From assembly GCA_051362555.1 (NCBI GenBank), contig CM120640.1, forward strand, positions 15,934,001 through 15,998,000: a stretch of 64,000 nucleotides of DNA. The letters run 5' to 3'. The notes under the pieces are model-generated. The model worked only from the letters and a program-made list of their open reading frames with translations. It searched no databases and had not been told where the DNA came from. Of the stretch, positions 54,543 to 64,000 are shown piece after piece (positions within the stretch are counted from its first letter, which is position 1; every line of letters begins with the position of its first letter). The DNA is from Lingula anatina. Taxonomy: Eukaryota; Animalia; Brachiopoda. A program made the position numbers and the translations under genes.

Positions 54543-57188
54543 ATATGTGGATGGCCACGTTGTCCGGTTACCACAAAACCTGCATGAGGGGACTTTTTGA
54601 ATGGAAAACCAACAATCTGCTCATCCAACCATCTTAGATTACAGCATAATAGAAGCTTCCCTTGTTTTTCCAGTGTAATGTATGTGCCGTGTTGAATGCG
54701 AGTGACTTATCATGATATAATTTTTTTTATATACAAATTCATATAATATGCCAAGAAATTAATCTTGAGATTGACTGCTGTGTTATTTTGTAATACTGAG
54801 TCTGGTATACTGCTCCTAGTCTTGCTTAGACTGGGTGGATTTAGTAAAAGCTATTAGAAGCTTTGCACTTAGTCAGGTCACATTGAATCAGTAGGGCATT
54901 GTTGTAGTGAACAATTTTAAGATACAAGTCATGTCCCAGACAAAGAGAACTGTGCTCAAAATGGCCAAAGTAGATTTAATATTCATCGTCAGATTTCTCA
55001 CGTGCTGCCAAATAGTACACAGGTGTTTATCTAATAGCTGGGTTTTACCAGCCAAGGATAAGGGGAGTGATCTGTGGCCCACTTGAACTTGGAGGACACT
55101 GAAAGCATTGTGTGATAATTGTTATAAACTAACTGTGCTCAAAGTTGCCTCCTTGGTTGCACACAAAGCCAAGGCATTGTCAGTATAACTTCTTGTGTAG
55201 GTGTGGCACCATTCCAACCTTGTGTTATTCTTATTCCATCCATGTGTTGATCTTACAACTGCAAAACTGTGGGGAGAGACGTATTTTGCCTTTATAAGGG
55301 AATGCCGGCACAAAAAAAGTCTAGTAATATTCTGAGGATGTAGTTGTGAACAGAACAACTGAATTAATCATGGGCCAGCAACCCAGTTTTCTATTTATTT
55401 ATTTATTTTATTATTATTATTATTTTGACAAGAATGAACAATGTAATGTTTATTAGTGGTTTATTCACTTATTTATTATACTGAGTAATGTAAATGGTAA
55501 TTGTACATATGTGTAAAATAGGGGACTTTTTCTTTTTGTAAATATATGTTAAGTCAAAACTGCACAGACCATCAGTATTGATTGAAGCACAGGTAATGGC
55601 ATGTCCTATTATTACATGTGGATAGCCAAACAATGTAGTGTCATTACCCAACAAGATGGATGGAGGCTTTTCTATTCAATATCACCATTTATAAAATGAC
55701 AGAATGACCCATCTTTATCATTATGGATGTGTAGGGTCTGCTGTCTTTTTCTAGTCAACTGCACCACTGTTGTTGGGAATATAGTTGGTGGGAGAAATGA
55801 ATTAAGGATTAGACATTTGCCTAGATCTATGAATGGATGTTTGGGTGTGGGAGGGGGTGTCCAGGTGTTATTGCTCCTTCGATTTACACAGAAGCTTATG
55901 GCCACAATTCAATTCTGCTTAATCAGCTGAATCTGGTTGGCAGATGTTACTATTGCGATTAGGTTTATTCCAAAGTGTTGGCAGTGTTGAAGTTGAGCTG
56001 TGCAAGATGGATTTGGTAATAAATGCATGATTAAAATAAACATGTTTTTGAAGCTTCCAGACATTGTTTATTTTCTATTGATTTTTTCAAGACTTAAACA
56101 TTTGGGTTTTTTATCTACAAATTTAATAAAAGAAATTTGAATGTTTTGGATTTTTAAATGAAGCTGACTTTTCCCTGTCATGAAGAGAAAACTAGGCAAA
56201 TTCTGCTGATAAAACATTTTACTGCCTCTTGTGACCAAATCTTTAAGAAAGTCAGAAACTTCCTGAAAAGGAAAGGCATGTGCTGATGCAGAACATCTTC
56301 ATTTATTTAGAAATGGTAAAGGGAGCACAGGATCCTTGTTCCAAGAAATAATTCCCAAATTAAAAGCCAACAACAACCCCTTGCATTGCACTGTATTCCT
56401 TTTGGACCAAAAAATATTAATCCTTGTGATCTGTAACACTACATTTATTTTTTCTTTATTCAAAGTACTTAATTCATTTTGTGGTTCAATAATCTTATGT
56501 GGAGACATACACCACCTTTGGCAGTAAAATACTCAATGTCCAGCTGTAGCAAGTTATCATTGGAGTGAAGACTACAAAAAAATTTATTGGCACTTTGAAC
56601 TGTGTACTTCCGTTATGTGAAAGTCTTAAATACAGAACAATGTATACCAGTTTGTGTCAATAATATGCAAAAAGTGCAATAACATCTAGTCTGCCTTTTT
56701 TATACATGTAAAACGGGATATGATTTGGTGCCATAAAAGAATACAAACAACCAAAAAGACTGCAGGACATTCAAACTAGAATTAACCCCCACCCCCTTAT
56801 ATGATTTCTGCATAAAAAAATATAGCAAATACAATGGATACATAGCTAAATGTACACAAAAATATCCCCTTCAAATGCAATAATTAAAAACTATTATGCA
56901 GTAAATGCTACCAATAAGCAAAGTGACAGATGGAGAAAGAGAAATGTGTATTAACTCAGATGGCCAATTCTCTATTGTTCCTAAATTTTACCCTGAGCAA
57001 AAAATCTTATCTAGACATTACCATTCCCTATTTTTTCCCCTTTATAACATCTTTTTCAGTATGTGAAGTATTTTCATTATGTCCCATTAAATCAAATTGA
57101 CAGAAATAAATCAAACCTCATGTGTATTCTTTAAAACTGAATTGGAAGGAATGTTATGGCAAAAATTTCTGTATAGGAAAAATATATA

Positions 57189-58848
57189 CAGGGTTGCTAC
57201 TTAATATGGAATATTTTTTATCATTGTTATTTTTGAGTGCTGATTAAATATTTTTTGGCTTGATTCATCAAAAAAGTATATCATTGAGTGAGAAAAATAT
57301 CCAGTCTTCCATTGTGAGATATTTTGGTCAATAATATCAAATCTGACATAAGATGTCATTCAAAAGAAAAGAACACCCCCAGAAAACCATATCAACAGTT
57401 TGATGTCAGTATTAACTTTAAGCTAAGATATTAAAGAAAATGATAGCCTCCGGACAGTGATAAGTTACACAGTCAAAGAAATCATTACAGTAAATCATGA
57501 AAAGTCATCAATAGCGGGTATGACCTCCAGCAGCCGCTTGCAGCGCCCTCATCCTACATGCCATACCCTGTGACAAGTTTTTTAGAGTTTGGATGTGGAT
57601 ATCATTCCACGCAGTGATATTTGCCTGTCGCATTTCATCACTATTTACCGGCCGATGACCATAGCCATTAATTCTCTGAGTTACTTCCGCCCACAGATTT
57701 TCAATTGGGTTTATTAGTGGGGAGTTTGCAGGCCAGGGCAGTTGCTGAACCTACTGGTTTTGAAGAAAAACAGTGATTCTGCGAGCTCGATGTGGGGTTG
57801 CACAGTCGTCTTGGTACACAAAGCTGTTCCTAAAGATGACTCTGACAAATCGAAGCATTGTTTGCTGTAGAATGTCTCTGTAGGAACCCTGGTTGAGGTT
57901 GCTTCCCAGAAAAACCAACTGGTTCTGGACACCGGCATGGAATGCTCCCCAAACAGAGACGTTACCACCCCCTGCTTGCACCCTAAGTAGTACACAATCA
58001 TTGTTTTATGCCTCTTGTACACATCGGCGGACACGGATTCGACAGTCAACCCCCAAAATTCCATATCTGACCTCGTCACTGAAAACGACGTGATTCCAGT
58101 GTTTTGGCTGCAAAAGCACGTGGTCCCCAGCCCATTGCAGACGTCGCTGTATATGACCTGCTGTTAACAGTGGTTTACGTACTGGTCTTCGTGCAAAATA
58201 ACCAGTTTGCTGTAATCTTTTGTTCACAAGGGGCCTTGAAACGGGCGTTTGAAAGGCATTCTGCCACTCTTTTTTGAGGACACTGGTTGTCTTTGTACGA
58301 CCAGCACGGCGCACTCTAAGGAGAAGGCGATCCTGTCTTCTTGGTGTGGTACGCGGACACCCTGGTGGAAGTATTGGAGTAGGTGCCTCTGTTGTAGCAT
58401 TTGTTTGGAGGACTTTATTAACGGTTCCTGAAAAATGTTGAATTGTCTGGCAATGGCTATCCGTTTCTAGCCATTTTCTCTGAGAGCAAGAATCCCATAG
58501 TAAGCTGCGTTGCTTAGCTGTCGAACCATATCTTCTCTAAGGTAACTGACAAGTTTCAGAGCGATCCCTTTGTTGCTTCTCTAAATACACTCCAAAGATT
58601 GACCAAACCCATGCGCTTTTATACAAGGGCAGAAATTGCCGAAAAGACCACCCCTCACATTTCTGACCACAGAACATGCAACTGCTTACATTAATTGTTT
58701 CGAAAGTTGCATGGTAATTAGGTAACACACCTGGCTACACATAGAGTGACCCCTCAGTTTTGGATTTAAAATAGTTGGAGAGAAATTAAATATTTTGTAG
58801 AACATTTTCTCGACAAAAAATAATATTCCATATTAAGTGGTAACCCTG
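57189..58848 (-). mobile_element. Full-length decayed Tc1 (DD34E) transposon
   Basis: TIRs CAGGGTTGCTACTTAATATGGAATATT / AATATTCCATATTAAGTGGTAACCCTG (2 mismatches), TA TSD on both sides, 1660 bp. Confidence 0.93.
57508..58529 (-). pseudogene. Tc1 transposase pseudogene
   Basis: Motifs ARRPVRKPLLT, WNHVVFSDE, SVWGAF, YQDDCATPH, WPANSPLINPIENLW and C-terminal GGHTRY*; 34 residues between the second D and E; in-frame TAG stops and frameshifts. Confidence 0.9.
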
Positions 58849-59143
58849 TAGGTGATGCAAATAACATGGAATGGCATAAAAGTATAATTTCAAATAAGTC
58901 TATACCAAGATTTATGTATCTGAACTGGAAAAAATTATGAACAAAAAGTTGTGAAAGCAAAATATAAAGGAGAGCAAAATACTGTGGGGTGGCTTAAAAA
59001 CAAATATTGAAATATCCTAAGATGTGCATGTTATCACTTTAAATTCTCCTCTCATTGGAAACTTTCTTTGGGAGACAGATTTTGGTATGTGCCATGTTGT
59101 GCTGCGTACTCCTTTCCTTCCTGGCAAATCCCCAATCAAAATC

Positions 59144-62100
59144 TTATGGTATCTAAAAGAGAAAACAATAGCATTTATTTAAAAAAATAAAAGAATCTAA
59201 TAATAATTAAACAAAAACTATAATAGCGAGATACAAACTGAAAAGTATTGACAGTAGGTCTAAATTTCTTATTGATCTCACTAATTTAACTTATAACTCA
59301 AATATTACAATCAGCTTGTTTTCATAATATGTTTTACAGATATTAAGCAACAACCTGATACAAGAAAATTACTTCAAAAGAGGAAGACTATCTTCTCAAT
59401 CAAGTGAATTTTCCCCATTTTTGCTCGTTTTACACAAAATCCAACAACTTTCCTAACCCTTATTCAAACACAGAGGAGTTAATCTGTCAAAAGGTAAAAG
59501 AATACAATCCCTGACATTCATAATTTTAATGATTAATTTTTCTCAGTTAACAAATGTTTATGTATTTATTATTATATGTCATTATATATCATTATTATTT
59601 TAAACTCACAGCTGCCTTGAGAGCTTGGTCCAGATCTGCTAAGATATCTTCCAGATCTTCAATTCCAACTGAGAGGCGTATCAAGGAATCATTAATTCCA
59701 AGCAGTACTCTGTGGTCTTCAGGTACAGATGCATGCGTCATGATACCCCTAGCCAGTGACCAAAGTGCATTTTTTTATTCTATCATTCAAAAAGCACCTG
59801 CTAACTTATTTAAAGTGTAAGGCAAAAATGAAAAAGGCCAAAAAAAGATATGATTATGTTTAAAAAAAATAAATTCAAAACAAAAAAATTGATAACATGT
59901 CATGTTTACTTGTACAAAAAATTGTTGCTTGCTCAACTGTCAACTGTCACTAAATTTGCTTTACAACATTATAAATAATCTTTATGTAATTAGAATTTCA
60001 AACAATTAACTTACGGATGCTCAGCTAAACTTTCAAACCCTCCAAGACTTTCTGCCAGAGTAAACAGCTGAAAAATAAATTTTGATCTTACAGTATTCTA
60101 ATTCTCTTTCTGAAAATATTTTCTGAAATTGTAGTGAGTATTTGGTCTCTTCGAATACTAAAAAGTTTACAGATTGGATACATACAGACACCATACTGAC
60201 TTTTATTGAGCCCTTTTTTTTCACCTTCAAAGATTTGAGAAATGTCTCGGATTCTTTGATTCCCCCTTTGATGAAGAAAGTGACCATTCCACTGAATCCT
60301 TTCATCTGCCTCTTGGCAAGCTCATGCTGGGGATGGGAGGGCAGGCCTGACAAAAATATAGAGATAAAAGTTTTTTTTTAAATGACAAAATAAATGTTTC
60401 AAATCAAGGGCTCCTAACAAACTGAAATATTTCACCAGTACAATTGTTACTTTTTATAGTTTTAAATGTATTAATCAATTAAAAAATGTCGAAATTGCCA
60501 ACTCTCCATAAATCTTAATCCAACTTAGCAAAGAGCCCATATCAACTATTCCAACGCTGAATGAAAATTTCAATAAATTTATTTCATGATATCAAAAAAC
60601 TTTCATAGCCTGTATTAATATAATCCCCCTGCTACATGTACCAACCTGGATGGACAACTTTGTCCACTCTTGGTGACTGTTCAAGGAATTTGGCCACTGC
60701 CAGTCCATTCTTCATGTGCTCTCTCATCCTGAGGTGAAGCGTTTTCAAACCACGGTTGACCAAGTAACAGTCAAATGGAGAAGGCACACAACCAATGGCT
60801 AACAATCAAAAGAGCATGAAAAGATAAGAATTATAATGGAGCAACTTTCTTTAAAGAACTCAAATCTTTCCTCCATTTCTTATTCATTTATTTTTCCAAA
60901 TGAAAAAAAGAGACAAGAAATGACCAAAGGAAATTCTTTATTTGGCAAAGCCACTGACATACAGAAGTGAAAATAAATCCCAAGTTAAATTTTTGAAGAA
61001 AAATTCATTGTAACATTTAAACTAATTTTGAAGAAGAAATGGAATTATGATTGAAACTATAATAACCATAAAAACCATCTTTTAGGGAAATATTACAAGT
61101 GGACGCAACACCAAAGTTTAGAATAAATCAGACTTGTGCAGAATTTCTTGATAATTCATTATTAAGCTATCATCCACTCCAGCCAGCCTGTTATTTGTGT
61201 GGTCAAAGTGACCAAGCATCTCCCTAATAGAATAGACCAGTCTTTGGAGGAATTGGAAAAAGAATGGACCTATTAGAAACTGAAAGCATTAGTCAAAGGG
61301 ATCTTTTGTGAGATTTTGGTGCAACAAAGTATAAAAAAGTATCTTCCTAGACTTCTTAATAATATTTGTTCCAATTTTTCCAAAACATTTGTAAAAACCC
61401 TAAACAAATTTACTTAAAAAAACAATATTTCTTCCTTAGAATTGCATTTTTTTAACAGTGGTAGTCATAAAAATTTATGTCTCAAATTTCCAAAGAAATT
61501 TGAAGTTTAAAATTATAGATATAATACAGCCAGACAGGCCATTCTATAAGTGTACAGGACTTTTTAAGACAAAATGACTTTTTTTACAGTTCTTTAAATG
61601 TCCTGCAGGAAATGGGCGATTCTCCTGTCAGTGATGGAGAAATAATTAAGTTTGTCATGCCATGTCTCTACGGGTCATGAAACTACTGCCTCTCACTTAT
61701 TGTGGCTAGACGCTGTTACAACATGTGTACTGGTCAACTTTGGTGCACCCTTATTGTTGACAGCTTTATTAACAATCATGAACTAGTATACTTACAATTT
61801 TGTAGAAAGCGTAGCCTTTCATGCAAGTCATCATTATTCAATGCAGCAGCCCCCATAATCACATCCGAGTGCCCTACAAAGGAAACAAATACAGCCTATT
61901 GTTATATATGTTGTAATGACATCCATTAAATACACTCACTACCTTTAGGATAAAGCTTTACTGATTTACTGATGTACTGGCATCAGCGTTTAAAAAACTG
62001 GTATACGAGTATATATAGTTGTCTACAATAGTAATGAACTGTTTTCTTAAGGTTAAGTCCATTGAATAAGTCATTTCTATAAAGAAAACTATTTCTGAAT

Positions 62101-63890
62101 GGTAATAAAAAGAATATTAAGTTCTTGGGTTCTTTTTTCTCACAACATGAATAATCTCTTGAACTACCCACAGGAAGCAAACATGTACCTCACCATTCAT
62201 GTACTTGGTCAGAGAATGCATTACAATGTCTGCTCCAAGGTCAAGTGGTCTCTGTGATAAATACATTAAACCATGCTATTAGTGTTGAATGTTAATTTTT
62301 CAAACAAAAGCACAATTTAAAACTTAACAAATCTTTTAATAAATGACAAGAAATGTGCTCATACACTGGTACATCATGGTCAATAACTAATGTTCAGTTT
62401 TTGAAACTGAATGCTGTCCATTCAATTGAACCAAAACCAGTTTTAATTTCAATTCAACTATCAATTCACCTCTTTCTTTACTGTTGACTTATAAATTATT
62501 TTATATTATTTGGGACTTGCCTGGAAGTAAGATGAAGTAAAAGTGCTATCTACAGCCACAAAAACATCTTTCTGTTTATGTGCTATATCACACACTTCTT
62601 TGATATCCACCAGCTTCAGAGTGGGGTTGGTGGGAGTTTCTATCCAGATCATCTAAAAAACCAACCAGATATTTACTTGTTATAGTGCTAGGCAAAAGAA
62701 TTTATTCAGAATACTCAATAGGTTATACTTTGAATGATGTGCATTTTAGTTGAGGAAAGTTGAGCCACTTAGGTATGTATATCTTGTTTTAACTGATAGA
62801 AACATTAATATTCAATTGTTTTTTTATATATTTTAAAAATTTTTTTTCTGTCACATCATGTGTTCTATTTGACTATATTTTAGTCAGTCATGCAAATATA
62901 AAAATAGCACAGTGAAAGGGATAAAAAAAGTTTATGGTTTTACCCATTTTTTTTCAATTTTGATATTATCCAAAAATAATGTATAAAAGTACCCTGTGCT
63001 ACCCATGATAAATTTTATACTCTGTGACTCTAATAGCATAGAATGTGTTATACAATAACTTAATTTTCAAGTCATGCACCTACTAGTCCTATACTGCCAT
63101 GCAAAACCATTAAGATGTCAGATGTCAAGTACTCTTTTTACTCTTTACATCTTTTAATATATACATAAAATGCATTAGGTATCACACAGTGGTACACAAA
63201 CACAGACCTTTGTGTTTGGTTTCATTGCTTTGGCCACGTTAGCTGAATCCGTACAATCCACAAAAGAGGTCTCTAGGTTCAGTCGTTTGGCTACCTTATT
63301 GAAGTAGCGGTTAGTGCCTGAATTACAATTAGTAATTTAGTATGCAGTACCTTTTCAAAGCGTTTAAACAGAATTTTCTTGATTTTCTCAAACATGTATT
63401 CAGTAATACTGAGTACTCATTGGTGTAATCACTTAAAATTTTTTTATGTGTACTGATTTTCTCTTCTGTTTATGGTAAAAAAATATAATTTTTTTATACC
63501 TCCATACAAGTCATCCATGCTAATGATATGATCCCCTGCATTTAGCATGTGGGTGATAGCTGTGGTGGCTGCCAAACCAGAGGCAAAACATAAACCTGAA
63601 ATACAGAATAAAAATTTAAATCCATACCAAAACAGAAGCCCTCAGGATATATAACTGAAACAATTTTTTTTAATCTTTAAAGAAACAATCTGAGGCAAAT
63701 TAACACTGGCTTCATACCAAATGACACTACAACTTTACATAAACCTTTAATTCATGACAAATCAATTCAACTACAAAACTGTGCACAAACAGCACACTCA
63801 AAACTTACAATGTTTTGCATTTTCAAGGGAAGCAATGCACTTCTCAAGAACATTGCGTGTTGGATTACCACTACGGCCATATTCAAAACC
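59144..63890 (-). CDS. CTH: Cystathionine gamma-lyase, 11 exons visible; first exon(s) beyond the right edge
   Basis: FEYGRSGNPTR (63890-63809), FASGLAA..MDDLYGGTNRYF, WIETPTNPTLK, PLP-lysine motif HSLTKYMNGHSDV, PSPFDCYLVNRGLKTL, HPGLPSHPQHELAKRQM, FTLAESLGGFESLAEHP, MTHASVP, LIRLSVGIED; terminal mini-exon IP* at 59152-59144. Confidence 0.95.
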
Positions 63891-64000
63891 CTAGAAATAT
63901 TACAAAAGCAATTATAAACCCTCTGCCAGATAACTCTAAATGTGTATTCCAGCTGAAATATGCTTTACTATAACATTATAACACATATTGGTCTACTAAA

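Overview
AT-rich, intron-rich eukaryotic genomic DNA from an animal, probably a lophotrochozoan such as a mollusc (inferred from repeat types and gene structure; species not determinable). Reading splice sites by hand gives six multi-exon genes: an LRR gene (minus, runs off the left edge), a divergent FAM151/menorin-like gene (minus) head-to-head with importin-13 (plus), DNA ligase IV (minus) head-to-head with a kinesin-13/KIF2 gene (plus), and cystathionine gamma-lyase (minus, 5' end off the right edge). Repeats include a degenerate 460-620 bp tandem array with nested DNA-transposon insertions (21.5-29.2 kb), a long-TIR MITE, Helentron-type HINE/DINE elements and a decayed Tc1 (DD34E). Most notable: the third kinesin-13 intron appears to hold two in-frame alternative N-terminal exons that both start with myristoylation plus palmitoylation motifs (MGNCLGKG..., MGKAISELPSCC...) and a very acidic exon, which suggests membrane-anchored microtubule-depolymerase isoforms. 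The FAM151-like protein looks catalytically dead. All family assignments come from remembered motifs; no database searches were run, and exon boundaries are hand-derived.
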